A stretch of DNA of 63,877 nucleotides, filler included, from Octopus bimaculoides (lineage: Eukaryota): the NCBI RefSeq assembly GCF_001194135.2. It is 8 parts of 7 records of this genome, joined end to end, with 100 filler letters (N's around TTAATTAATTAA, not from the genome) between each part and the next. Parts side by side here need not be neighbours in the genome. Positions count along the whole stretch, not along the records: positions 35,558 to 40,721 come from NC_068996.1; positions 40,822 to 49,803 come from NC_068986.1; positions 49,904 to 57,640 come from NC_068996.1; 5 more parts are not named here. One strand, 5' to 3'. A program made the translations under genes and the position numbers. This document shows positions 36,960-49,960 of this stretch, one piece after another (position 1 is the stretch's first letter; every line of letters begins with the position of its first letter). Below the pieces are notes generated by a model. The model was not told the DNA's origin and ran no database searches. It saw only the letters and a program-made list of their open reading frames with translations.

Positions 36960-37770
36960 GCCTTTCGATGGGCCTGGAGGCAGTGTTGTAACACAGCAAC
37001 AGTTTAGTTTTTGATGGATCAAAAGGGGCACATGCTACTTAATTCCGTGATATGTACAACCTTTTAGTGGCACCACTTTGTTCAACTGTTTGGAGCAGAT
37101 GGTTGACTGGAGACAGGGTTGGACTTTACCAACTACCTCAATGGCCTGCTGTGGCTATCAGCTCAGGATGCAGGGTTGAGTGAAAAGCCAATAACAGCTG
37201 ATGAAATATGGGAAATGATGACAAGACACACGATGACGTTATTGAGGCTGGATAGTCTGCCCAATGAGCTTGTTGTCATATGCCAAACTTGTTCAGGAGC
37301 CTCTAGGCAGATATCTACTGCCAGTTGATATCTGCCAAGTGGCCACTGAACTAGTAGAATGGGATAAACCCCTGTTCTGGGAAAACAGTTGTAATAGTGT
37401 TGGTGAGAAAGGACTCAAAGAAGGGAGACAGTTTTAACAACTTCAGCTCCATAATTCTGCTAAATGTAGAGTTGAAGACTTTGGCTAAGGAGTTATCAAA
37501 GAGGTTGGTGCTTGTCATTGATTCTTTGGTAGGTGCGGCACAGGCATGCACCACATCAAATAGACAGTCTCTACCTCATGTGAAGCATCATAGAAATGGT
37601 AGGTAAATAACCTGTTATGGGTTGGGGTCTGATCAATTTAGATCACTTAAGTGTTTGACGGGTTCAACCATCAATACTTGGTGGCTGTTCCTAAGGTGGC
37701 TGGTTTTGGGCCCATCTTCAGAAAGTGGATCACAGGTTCCCTCCACAGTAACATTTGCTTGGCAGTCGGA
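36960..37770 (+). mobile_element. Tx1/L1-clade LINE RT remnant
   Basis: KPITADEIWEMM..RLDSLPNEL and LVRKDSKKGDSFNNFSSIILLNVELKTLAKELSKRL..LVGAAQAC match the L1/Tx1 pattern RPITLLN.D.KILAK.L..RL. Confidence 0.75.
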
Positions 37771-37809
37771 GTAAATGAACAGCTGTATAGTAAGTCAGAT
37801 TGTGCAGGA

Positions 37810-38410
37810 AGGTAGAATACTCAATAACTTGTGTAGTAGCTTCGTAGTCATTTGTTACAAGGGTAAAGGAGATGCCTTAGAGAGAAGTGACTGCATGGTA
37901 TCGAATTATTGGGCCAGGTTATGACAGTCACTGAGTCATAGCCCAGATGATCAAAACAGAGTGAACTTCAATGAGGTGCAGTTTGGTTTCATGTCAAAGA
38001 GCAGTATCAATGCTGTCTTCCAAGACAGCTGCAGAAGAACTTGGTTATCAGTAAATTATTGTATTTGGTATTTGTTGACCTGGAGAAAATCTTTGATAGG
38101 GTGACCCCCCCCCCCCCCGTCTGATCTGGTGCTTGTTACGGCAGTTAGGTGTAGATGAATGGCTAGTAAGAGCCATTCAGGCTATGTACAGGGATGCTGT
38201 CAGTAAAGTGAGAGTTAAAAATGAGTACAGCTATGAATTTAGTGTGCAGGGAGGAGTTCACCAGGGTTCAGTTATCAGTTTCCTCCTATTTTTTCATAGT
38301 CCTCCCAGCCATAACAGTGGAATTTATGGCTGGCTGCCTGTAGGAACTCCTCTATACTGATGACCTTGTTCTTATAGCTGAAACTGTAGTTGAATTAGAG
38401 AAGAAATTCC
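37810..38410 (+). mobile_element. RTE/RTEX RT fragment
   Basis: Motifs include KGKGDALER, EVQFGFM, FVDLEKIFDRV, LRQLGVDEWLVRAIQAMY..GVHQGSVIS and LLYTDDLVLIAE. Confidence 0.85.
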
Positions 38411-38884
38411 AAATGTCTTCTACTATAACTCCAGACTGACCAAAGCCTTGTGAATGGATTTGGGAGATAGAAACTGAAAGAAACTTGTGAAATTTTTGTG
38501 TGGGTGACTGTCTCCTTGCCTTGACATCGCATGATGTCCAGTCCTGGGGAAATATTACTTTGCTTGAAAACAGGTGAGGGTTGGTGACAGGAAGGGCATC
38601 CAACTAGAAAATCTGCTTCAATAGAATTTCATCCGATCCATGTGAGCATGGAAAAGTGTGTATTAAACCAATGATGAATGTGTGTGTACATACATATACA
38701 TATATCATCATCATTTAATGTCTGCTTTCCATGCTGGCATGGGTTGGATGGTTTGACTGAAAACTGGTAAGCTGGGGAGTTGCACCAAGTTCCAATCTGA
38801 TTTGGTGAGGTTTCTATGGCTAGATGCCCTTCCTAATGTCAATCAGTCCAAGAGTAGTGGGTGCTTTCTTCATGCCACCAGCAC

Positions 38885-39112
38885 AGGTGCCATTCATTTC
38901 TACTCTAGGCACAAGGCCTGAAATTTTGGGGAGGAGTAGGGCCCAATTGATTAGATCAACCCCAGTATGCAACTGGTACTTAATTTATTGACCCTGAAAG
39001 GATGAAAGGCAAAGTTGACCTCGGTAGAATTTGAACTCAGAACGTAAAGACAGACGAAATACCTCTAAGCATTTTGTCCGGCATGCTAATGTTTCTGCCA
39101 GCTCACCACCTT
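38885..39112 (-). mobile_element. Family-B SINE
   Basis: GGCACAAGGCCTGAAATTTTGGGG..CTGGTACTTAATTTATTGACCCTGAAAGGATGAAAGGCAAAGTTGACCTCGG..GAACTCAGAACG..CCAGCTCACCACCTT. Confidence 0.88.
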
Positions 39113-39589
39113 ACCAGCACAGCTGCTATTGAAGTGATGCTGGCATTGGCCATGACTATGATCTCACTTGCCTTGACAGGTCAACACAAGCATGGTATGT
39201 TGCCAAAGGTCTTGGTCACTTGTCACTGTCTCTTTTGAGGCTCAAAGCTTGAATGGTGCTTTTATGTGCCACTGGCATNNNNNNNNNNNNNNNNNNNNNN
39301 NNNNNNNNNNNNNNNNNNNNNNNNNNNNNNNNNNNNNNNNNNNNNNNNNNNNNNNNNNNNNNNNNNNNNNNNNNNNNNNNNNNNNNNNNNNNNNNNNNNN
39401 NNNNNNNNNNNNNNNNNNNNNNNNNNNNNNNNNNNNNNNNNNNNNNNNNNNNNNNNNNNNNNNNNNNNNNNNNNNNNNNNNNNNNNNNNNNNNNNNNNNN
39501 NNNNNNNNNNNNNNNNNNNNNNNNNNNNNNNNNNNNNNNNNNNNNNNNNNNNNNNNNNNNNNNNNNNNNNNNNNNNNNNNNACACATTC

Positions 39590-40250
39590 ATGTTTATAAA
39601 GTTAAGCCTATGTCCACGAGTATACAGAAAATAGACTCCATCAAATGCCAGGAGGTATATCTAGAGGTAATTGATAGCTTTCGTTATCTAAGTGACCAAG
39701 TCAATAGTGGAGATGGATACCCCAAGAGTGTAGCTGCTAGAATAAGAATAGGCTGGGCTTAATTCAGAGAGCTTCTACTTTTGTTGATAAGAAAGGGCCT
39801 CTCCCTCAGAGTGAAAGGCAGATTGTATGATGCATGTGTGCAGACAGCCATGTCACATAGCAGTGAAACATGGGTTGTGGCTGCAGAGGACATGTGAAGA
39901 CTTGAAAGAAATGAAGCTAGTATGCTTCACTGGATGTGTAATGTCAGTGTGTATAAAAGACAGTGTGTGAGCATTTTGAGAGAAAAATTGGGCATAAGCG
40001 GCATCAGATGTGGTGTGCAAGAGAGATGAATGACTGCTCTGGTATGGGCATGTGATGTGTATGGATGAAGGCAGCTGTGTAAAGAAGTGCCAATCTCTAA
40101 TTGTAGAGGGAACCTGTGGAAGAAGTAGACTCAAGAAGACATGGGTCGAGGTTGTGAAGCATGATCTTTGAATGTTGAGCCTCATGGAGGCAATGACAAA
40201 TGACCTTTGGCAGTATGCTGCACTTGAGAAGACTCATTAAGCCAAGTAAA
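39590..40250 (+). mobile_element. RTE/RTEX LINE 3' ORF fragment
   Basis: LEVIDSFRYLSD..VAARIRIGWA and KGRLYDACV, followed by similarity to 28145-28770. Confidence 0.85.
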
Positions 40251-40914
40251 ATCATAGTTGTGGCTGGTACCTAAAAACATCCATAACACTTGAGTACTGT
40301 TTGGTATTAGGAAGTGCATCCAGCTGTTGAAACCAAATCCAGGTAAAAACGTCACGAGTTTTGTCGGGGAGGGGGGGTTGTCTGAGGAGGTTTTATCCTA
40401 GGGGAATGATAAATGATGATACATATCTATTTATATATATTCATGTGTATGAGATAAGTCTTCAAAAAAAAAAAACTGTTTTGCAAATGAGGAATTTAGC
40501 AAAATAAATGATGTAATACCAATGAATTAAAATATATGTAAATATAGATAAAAACTGGATATTGGACTAATTATTGCAATCCATTTATCTTTAAAATTCC
40601 ATTTTTCCTCCTTTTTTTTTAAATAATGTTTTAACATTCTCCATTTATTATACTCTTCTTATCCAATTTTCTACTTTAAAAGTGTGTGAGCTTGACCCAA
40701 TTTAGACATGCAGGTAATCACNNNNNNNNNNNNNNNNNNNNNNNNNNNNNNNNNNNNNNNNNNNNTTAATTAATTAANNNNNNNNNNNNNNNNNNNNNNN
40801 NNNNNNNNNNNNNNNNNNNNNATATATATATATATATATACACCGCATCATATATGCAGCTACACACGTGCCGATGACGATTTCTTTTCCTTCTTTGGAC
40901 TTTACTTTTTCTCC

Positions 40915-40947
40915 TTTCCGACGAAGAGCTATGCTCGAAACGTCAAA
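40915..40947 (+). ncRNA. Minimal type-I hammerhead-ribozyme-like motif (U4C variant)
   Basis: The sequence is TTT-CCGACGA-A-GAGC(TAT)GCTC-GAAA-CG-TC-AAA. It has a core similar to CUGANGA, a 4-bp stem II, GAAA, a loopless palindromic stem III (ACGT), a GUC cleavage triplet and a short stem I. Confidence 0.5.
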
Positions 40948-41039
40948 AGCTCTCATTTTGCTGAGTTTCAAACTAATACATTCCTTGTGCGCCTCCTCCT
41001 GCAGTCTGTTAATTTTATTCGTTTATTCGAATTGACTAC

Positions 41040-41070
<31 letters not shown>

Positions 41071-41384
41071 TACCATTTTCCATTCCGAAAATTTGCATAG
41101 TATTACCCTGCAGGCAATTTGAGATGAGATCCACCGTTCCATTGATAAATATTAATTCTTCACTCAAGAATAGAATCTGCCGTTACCACTATGATGATAT
41201 GTTTGAATTGTACGGCGTGTATTTTCATTGGATGTTGTTTTCGTGGGATTCATATATCTGTGTGTTTGTTTACTGCAAGCATGTATGTATCTGGACGTGC
41301 AGTTGAGGCGTTTAGTGTTTAAAATTTGTGTATGTGTCTGTAGTTACTAGAGTTGCGTGCGTGTATACGTCTATGTATCTGTCG

Positions 41385-41447
<63 letters not shown>

Positions 41448-42419
41448 TGCTTGAATCTCTTGAGATGTTTATGTTCGTCTGTAGAAACGGTATTGTGGCA
41501 GTTGAGTTTTAGAAAAGGGAAGAAAATTTTGTTTTTTTTGCTTTGATTTTATCTTTTGTTTTGTGGGGTTTTTTTCTTGTTTTTGGCTTGTAGTTTTTAT
41601 ATAAAAATGAATGACTTAATGTAATCTCAGTAAAGAACCTAAGAACTTCGATTTGTTGAATTTTCTTTTATGTTTTATTTGTTTCAATCATTTTGCTACG
41701 ACTATGTAGGGGTACTCCCATGAAGAGTTTAGTATTTGTTTTTGTACACCTGCGCGTATTTGTACACCTGCGCGTACTAGGTTACAGATTTTTTATGGTT
41801 TTTTTTTTTTTGTAGATACAGGAGAGTTCTTGAGTTTTTGATAGAAGACGCTATTGAGGTAATAAAGCGAGTTCGTTCCTGAAATATCATTTGAACAAGG
41901 AAGAGAAGAAATGAAAAGAAAAAAGAAATACATTGTTCTTATGGGATCTTATTTTGCTACTGTTGGTATACCATTATATTTAAGGGAATACCTGACCATG
42001 AAAGGCACGAAGAGATTAATTCTCTATTCTTATTCACTGTTTTGGTTTCATATTTCAAGATTAAAAGCCTTTCCAAGACACAAAGATGACAGAAAGTATT
42101 TGGTGCTCTATTTAGGAGTTTCCATTAAATTTTATACGGTATACGATTAGTTTTCAAAACTAAATATCTGTAGTTGATTTTGCAACGCTCCGAATGTGTA
42201 ATTATGTTGATAGAGTCAGTTCTTAAAGTGGTTGCTGACATTTCTGCATGGTCAGTGCCATTTCGGTTACTGCTAGATTTGACAGCGGGTGCGTATATAA
42301 CTGAATATTTTTGCAGCTACCGTGGAATAGATACGTGTTTTGAGAGTAGAAGTTGCATTACCGCGTGCTGTTGTCGGTTGTGCTCTAGCGGTAGGAGTTA
42401 TTCTTTATTTTTAATTTAT

Positions 42420-42700
42420 GTTTAGGTATTGGCGAAATCTATTAGAGTCCAATACTTGATATTAAATGAGTTTTTAAGGTTGTGAGCTGACAGAATCATT
42501 AGCATGTCGGGCAAAATGATAAGCGACATTTCGCTAGTCTGTACCTTCTGAGTTCAAATTCCACAGAAGTCGACTTGGCTTTTCATCCCTTTCGGGTTCA
42601 ATGAAGTAAGTACCATTTGAACATTGCGGTTGATATAATCGACTTAACCTCCCCCTTGTTCCAAAATTTGAAATCAATATAAAATGAGTTTGGACAAAAG
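42420..42700 (+). mobile_element. Family-B SINE
   Basis: TGAGCTGACAGAATCATTAGCATGTCGGGCAAAATG..TTCTGAGTTCAAATTCC..GTCGACTTGGCTTTTCATCCCTTTCGG. Confidence 0.8.
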
Positions 42701-44078
42701 AATTCCCTGTTCTTACGTCCGAAGGAAAGTTGGTTATTAAAACCTCACTCCCCAAATTTGACGTCTTAGTCTATATTAGTCAATTATAAAACACTGCCTG
42801 AAAATTTGCCTAGCGAATGCTTACATACATTGGAAATTGTTTTTAATAACGTCTCCACCTATCAGGTTCTGCATATCTATGATACATATCTATGATACAT
42901 ATGTGTGTGTGTGGGGGGGGAGGGTGAACATTTCGAAATTACTTCATATTGTAATTTTAAGATTCGGGAAGTTGAAAAGTTTTCGAAGAGTTCATCCGAA
43001 ACATATCTACTAGAAGCCCATTCAAATTTTAGGAAACTAATAGATTTGGCTCCCATGATAATATCAAAGGGATCTATTTTGTAAGTTTCCATCCATGTGA
43101 TGTCGTCATTAAAAAGCAAGGATCAATTTCCTGGCACTCAGATCGATTGGCATATAGTAATTCAATAAATCAGTTCAATAGTTCCATCTATACAATAGCT
43201 CGTTTTCAGAAAACTACAAAAGGAAAAATCTAGTTCTTTCTTTCATCTTTTAATAAATTCACACATCGACCATCACTGCGCCGTTTTCATGGAGATATAA
43301 AGATACACACATGTACATGTGTTAAGGAACATGCAAGCGCACACGCGCTTTTAAATCCTTCAAACAAACACGGGCATACATGCATAACCAAACATTCAAC
43401 ATAGACATACACACAAATACACACACACACATACACAGCAACTATACATAAACGCATTGTATTTCTGGAGTGAAAACGCACGCTACACATTTCAAAGATA
43501 CCATCATAATAACACGAAATCTTGCTTTCATTCTTGTCTAATGAATTAACATATGCAATTGGAACAGAATATCTTACATCAAATTGCCTGAAGAACCATG
43601 CTGTGTCGAAACTAAGATGTTGATATATAAAGCAGAATATCTAGCGAATAATACAACATATATTGTACTTTGCAAATGAGCATTGTGCTCTGTTCTGCCT
43701 AATATTTATTATGATTCCTTTCTCTCTCAAACTATATAAATATATAGTTGAATACTGAATGTACCCATGATGTTCGGATCTACAGATCTGATAAGAGTTA
43801 GTTTTCTCCATTATACATTTCTATGCTGAATATGCATAATGATGTAAAATGTACGTGTATAATATGCAATGTTGAAATTAATAATACTACATTGAGAAGA
43901 TTACAAAACGGAAATAATCATATAAAAACCACATGGAAATAATAAAGCACTATTGTCCTTTCATATCCTGTGATTTTATATGTGCCTCATATGTGACTAA
44001 AAGACTTCACCAGGTGGTGATATTAAGTTAGGTATGGTTTAGGCCGATACTGGCCGAAACCTATCAAAGTTATCAAAG

Positions 44079-44126
<48 letters not shown>

Positions 44127-44266
44127 ACAGACAGACAAACAGACTAGTTGATATTCAGGTGCACAAGCACATATGTTCAAGCATGTATGCATTTAAACCA
44201 TTCAAAAATGCACACACACTGATTCCTTAAAAACAAAAAGAAATACACTCAAACGTGAAAGGATAC

Positions 44267-44315
<49 letters not shown>

Positions 44316-44625
44316 TGATGGAAATAGCTCAGCATTAACCCATGTAACTCACTGGAGCCAGTAAACGAATATACGATGCTAATTAATGAATTCGTTTATT
44401 ACTCTAGTAGAGTTTAAAAGAAGCACCACCCACATTGCTACTGTATTGCAGTAGCAATATGATATTCTGTAATACTTAAGCAGTAACTGACGTTGTATTC
44501 ATTTCTATATATACTAAAGTAAATGTATACGGGTTGTAGATGAATGTGATAGAAAAAGAAACACAAGCACGTATTCTAAATATATACATTCACACACACA
44601 CACACACGTATATTTATATGCATAA

Positions 44626-44670
<45 letters not shown>

Positions 44671-46008
44671 NNNNNNNNNNATATATATATATACATGTCT
44701 CTTAAAGGATAGAGCTCAAAATCAATGCATTGAAGATACTTTATTGCAGCAACAATTATAATAACAGAAACAACCACAATAAGCCAAACCTATGCACATT
44801 TCAATAGGGTATCCCGGAAAAATAAACCACATCATAAGATGTCTCGTCGCGTAATCGACGGAGTGGTCCCATATGTGTGTGCGTATCTGTCAGTCTATCT
44901 GTGTCTATTTATCTATAACAAATTTGGATGGTAACGGCACTAAAAATACAGAGAAAGATTAAGAATATTAACGTGCGTGCGTGGTTGTGTAGGAGAAAGA
45001 TTTAGTGTGAAGTGTATATATATATATATATATATATNNNNNNNNNNNNNNNNNNNNNNNNNNNNNNNNNNNNNNNNNNNNNNNNNNNNNNNNNNNNNNN
45101 NNNNNNNNNNNNNNNNNNNNNNNNNNNNNNNNNNNNNGAGAGAGGGTGGAAAGAGAGAGGGTGGAAAGAGAGAGTGGGAGAAAGAACCAGAAATATCACA
45201 CGTGTATCTCGTTCCTGCATTTGTTATTTTGAGATGTTCTTATGTTTCTCTTTGAAACAGTTTCTTGTCATTTCTTAATTTACCATTCTCACCTGATAGT
45301 TCGTTTACTACGCTTGCATAGCAATACCATTTCGGGTTAAATTGGCACCAGAGCGAGCACTGCTGATTTAACCACCCGTGACTGGAACCTAAGAATGTTT
45401 GCCAAACATACTCTTTCAGTTTACGTAATATAGGTTTCGTTTAAGTTCTTCCAATTGTTGTTGTCGTTGTTGTTGTTGTTGTTTGCCGGTGGAGAAGGAT
45501 CTTAGGGGCAGAACGATTTGTTTTTCGTTTTTTTTTTTTTTGTTCTCTTTGATTTGTCTTTTTTTGTCTGCTGAAATCTTTTCTCATATGTTCATTATGA
45601 AAGTATAAATAGTTACTATTATATAACGAGTAAATATGCGTGTATTCGTATTTGCGTATATGATGTGTATCTATGTACGTGTGTGCATTTGTATGTAAAC
45701 TTCCATATGTGTGTGTGTGTGTGTGTGTNNNNNNNNNNNNNNNNNNNNNNNNNNNNNNNNNNNNNNNNNNNNNNNNNNNNNNNNNNNNNNNNNNNNNNNN
45801 NNNNNNNNNNNNNNNNNNNNNNNNNNNNNNNNNNNNNNNNNNNNNNNNNNNNNNNNNNNNNNNNNNNNNNNNNNNNNNNNNNNNNNNNNNNNNNNNNNNN
45901 NNNNNNNNNNNNNNNNNNNNNNNNNNNNNNNNNNNNNNNNNNNNNNNNNNNNNNNNNNNNNNNNNNNNNNNNNNNNNNNNNNNNNNNNNNNNNNNNNNNN
46001 NNNNNNNT

Positions 46009-46175
46009 ATTACCCCCCCCCCCGCATAGGACAATTACCCCCTCCCCCAAAGGACAATTACCCCCATTGGTTAATTGACCCCCTCTCCAATATAATTAGA
46101 AGTCTTAAATCATCATCTGTTGTCCTCAGGGGTATTTGTCCTGGGAGGGCGAGTTATTGTCCGTGGGTGGGAGTT
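46009..46175. repeat. Short element with multiple GGACAATTACCCC subterminal repeats and inverted copies
   Basis: (GGACA)ATTACCCC occurs three times at 46009-46065, and inverted GGGGTATTTGTCC and GAGTTATTGTCC occur at 46128-46162. Confidence 0.6.
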
Positions 46176-46257
46176 AAATGTGCAAGACTCAATTTATACA
46201 TATATAAATATATATATATATGCACAAATATGAACGTCTATATATGCATACACATAA

Positions 46258-46346
<89 letters not shown>

Positions 46347-46700
46347 AAGATAGATAGAGTATATTCTTTCGAAGAAAGTTATGTGATGTGATATTGCATC
46401 GAGATAATACTCGTATGCCATATGACTTAATCGACATTTAAATATTTACATTATGCATCAATAAAATACACGTAGTTGTCTCAGATATAGACTTCAACGA
46501 ATAATCAGTAATAACATGAGTTATGTTTTAATTAAAAGAAGTAAATTAATAAAGTATATTTTAATCATCGAGAAAAGAAGATAATATGAAATTAAAATTT
46601 TACGAAGTCCAAACAATTTTATTCATTCGAATCATTTGTATGATTAAATATTTTTTATAACCATTTGGCGACAATTAAAAATTAAATTGTTAGTTTATAT

Positions 46701-47890
46701 CAGTAGTTCCCAACCTGGAGTTCGTTGACACCTGGTGGTCGGCAAAGGTAGTACTGGGTATCCATGAACTAAATTCAAAATTTCATATATATATATACAT
46801 GGTGGTGTACTGGACAGAATTAGCACAGAAATACAGGAGTCGGTCCTCATAACTGAAACGCAACCAATTTTGAACACCAAATACACGTAAATGAGGGCCT
46901 TACAATTGCCCATGGTTGCACGTGTTGTTCACACATATGATGCGGAATATGAAATGAAATTAAATGAAATGAAATGAAACAAAATAAATAAATAACTAAA
47001 AAAAAAAATTTTTTTTTTTAAAGTCTCTATCTGATCTGATATAAACGAAATTGTTACAAACACACATATGGACGCACATACTTACATATAAGCACGAACA
47101 CATAAGTGCGTGCACACATATGAGCGTGCACACATACGAGCTTGCACACACTCACATGCTCATACCGAACAGTTTNNNNNNNNNNNNNNNNNNNNNNNNN
47201 NNNNNNNNNNNNNNNNNNNNNNNNNNNNNNNNNNNNNNNNNNNNNNNNNNNNNNNNNNNNNNNNNNNNNNNNNNNNNNNNNNNNNNNNNNNNNNNNNNNN
47301 NNNNNNNNNNNNNNNNNNNNNNNNNNNNNNNNNNNNNNNNNNNNNNNNNNNNNNNNNNNNNNNNNNNNNNNNNNNNNNNNNNNNNNNNNNNNNNNNNNNN
47401 NNNNNNNNNNNNNNNNNNNNNNNNNNNNNNNNNNNNNNNNNNNNNNNNNNNNNNNNNNNNNNNNNNNNNNNNNNNNNNNNNNNNNNNNNNNNNNNNNNNN
47501 NNNNNNNNNNNNNNNNNNNNNNNNNNNNNNNNNNNNNNNNNNNNNNNNNNNNNNNNNNNNNNNNNNNNNNNNNNNNNNNNNNNNNNNNNNNNNNNNNNNN
47601 NNNNNNNNNNNNNNNNNNNNNNNNNNNNNNNNNNNNNNNNNNNNNNNNNNNNNNNNNNNNNNNNNNNNNNNNNNNNNNNNNNNNNNNNNNNNNNNNNNNN
47701 NNNNNNNNNNNNNNNNNNNNNNNNNNGGTCGGCAAAGGTAGTACTGGGTATCCATGAACTAAATTCAAAATTTCATATATATATATACATAAGGATAAGC
47801 ATATTAAAAGGCGTCCTTGGGAAAACTCATTTAAATAAAAGGGCTGGGAACAACTGTTGGGAAATATTGTGAAAATGTTAGGAACCACTG
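46701..47890. mobile_element. hAT (Charlie-like) MITE with 8-bp TSD GTTTATAT, interrupted internally
   Basis: The left end CAGTAGTTCCCAAC (46701) and right end GTTAGGAACCACTG (47890) are inverted. GTTTATAT occurs at both 46693-46700 and 47891-47898. Confidence 0.85.
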
Positions 47891-47899
47891 GTTTATATA

Positions 47900-48030
47900 T
47901 TATCCTGGCCGAGTGATTAGGGTGTTAAGCTCGTTGTCGTAAGCTCATGGGTTCGAGTTTTGGATCAAGCAGTGCGAGTAACTTCATTTCACGTTTTCCC
48001 CAGTCTACCCAGTTGAAAATGACTACCCGC
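47900..48030 (+). mobile_element. Old tRNA-derived SINE remnant
   Basis: TGGCCGAGTGATTAGGGTG (A-box-like), GGGTTCGAGT (B-box-like) and CCCAGTCTACCCAGTTGAAAATG (CORE-like). Confidence 0.6.
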
Positions 48031-48616
48031 CGTTTACTGATGCATCTCTCTCTTTCTCTCCATTCAGCTGTTACAATCAGAATGTTCAGCTAGGTCAAGA
48101 ATGGATGACCAGGAGGATGCTCATTTTCTTACGACTACAGAAGCACCTAGATGAACTAGCAAACGCATGTTACAAGCTACCAGTGAGTGCTGGGTTAATC
48201 TATCCTGAAAAAATATTAGTGCATAACAATATTCTGATTTTAAAAAAGAGAAGAAAACGAGGCTGGTTTCGTGAACTTTTAATCAAAATAGATCAGAAAA
48301 TTGTAACTATCTCCAATTAGCATTTGAATAGTATGAATTAGTATCACGTTCTGATAAGAATATCTATTATATTACAAGTTACTTATGGTTTCTCACATGT
48401 GTTTTCGTTTTTTTTTTTTCATTGGCAATCACTTCCAAGAAGGCGGCAAGCACTTAATTATACGTTTCTGCGTTACTCATGTTTCACGAATTAGCTTAAA
48501 TAATTGCGTTATCTCACTTTCTCGATGATGAAACTATAAAACTTCATTGAAATACATATTGATGAATCGTTCGATAAAACTTTAGTTCTGGACTTCAACA
48601 TTTCCCTTCATTATCA

Positions 48617-48950
48617 TCATCATCATCCAGTGTTTTAAATCCGGGTTTTGTCCCCGTCAACGGGGGTGCCCGGATCAACCTCAATGCTATAGTAACCGAG
48701 GTTGGCAGGTGCAGCCCACTCTAACCTTTGTGCTGACTGGTGCCCATACTCCTTTGCTATCATGAGGCAGTTTTGGAGCTGGATTTTCTAAGGGAAGCCT
48801 ACCTTTGTATACCCCCAACCTTAGTTTCTAGACATGAGTGGTCCCGAGACCAAAGCCTCTACTACGATTTTTAAGAAATGTGGTGGAAAACTAGCTCAGG
48901 AAGGCAGAGATGCTATTCTCTGAGACCCCTTTCGGAGCACCCCTATGTTT
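48617..48950 (-). mobile_element. Retroposon 3' end with (GAT)n tail and stem-loops, unclassified
   Basis: The minus strand ends AAAACACTGGATGATGATGATG. Hairpins include ATCCGGG..CCCGGAT (with nested CCCCGT/CGGGG) and CAACCTC..GAGGTTG. Confidence 0.5.
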
Positions 48951-49903
48951 TTTTTTAAATATAATTCAGATGTGATAGCTAACCGTTGACTAAGTAACAT
49001 AGCAAACTATATCAACTCAGTATCTCATGATCACAGTATGATAATTGTTAACTTCTGATGAAGTCACATGAAAATCTTTTTCTCCTCAATATCCCTTAGT
49101 TTCATTAAAGAGAAACCTACAGCAAACGGACGTTCATGTTTCAAACTGTTGTTTGTAGTTGTTTTCTTGATTTTTGTAGTAATTTGAATATGTGTATGTA
49201 AACCTAATAACAACACGGTTTTGACTCGATGCCATAGTCATTAGATTTATCAAGTCACGGAGTAAGTTACTCGTTGTCGACCAGAGTACTGATATGAGTT
49301 GCCATCCTTTTACATCCATCCTTCTGCTTTTGTCCATTTATCTGTACTTTTGACTGGCAACGTACTGCAATACGTGATCCGTAAGAATCGGCCTATCTAG
49401 TGCATTGCGAGCATAACTTCATTTACCATATATTATACGACTGATTAAATATATGCTTTACGTATGGAGACCTCCGAATAACAATGAATGAGTTACCAAT
49501 TGTCTTCTACATACACACTCTCACACTCACATACACAAACAAACAAACAAACAAACACACACACACACACACACACATTTATTCAAGTATTTCTTAATAT
49601 TTTTCAAGACGGCGAATTCGCAGAAACGTTAGCACGCCGGGCGAAATGCTTAGCGATATTTCGTCTCTGTGAGTTTGTTGGTTACGCGTCGTACATGTGT
49701 TCGTGGTGAAAATTGCTGGTTATTAGTGTTATTATTTATAATAACTACTCTTTTATTAACTGCAATTTCTGTTAAAATTCTAACTGTTTGAGTTTTTATT
49801 TGANNNNNNNNNNNNNNNNNNNNNNNNNNNNNNNNNNNNNNNNNNNNTTAATTAATTAANNNNNNNNNNNNNNNNNNNNNNNNNNNNNNNNNNNNNNNNN
49901 NNN

Positions 49904-49960
<57 letters not shown>

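Noticed and set aside
42877-43119. 80-aa minus-strand ORF considered as an upstream LPMO exon
   Set aside because: It has no AA15 motif and no in-frame acceptor.
44434-44458. Perfect 10-bp hairpin ATTGCTACTG/CAGTAGCAAT
   Set aside because: It is isolated and short, with no supporting context.
44927-44962. DGNGT peptide resembling calmodulin EF-hand 2
   Set aside because: It continues KNTEKD-stop rather than IDFPEF and has no acceptor at the conserved position, so it is a chance match.
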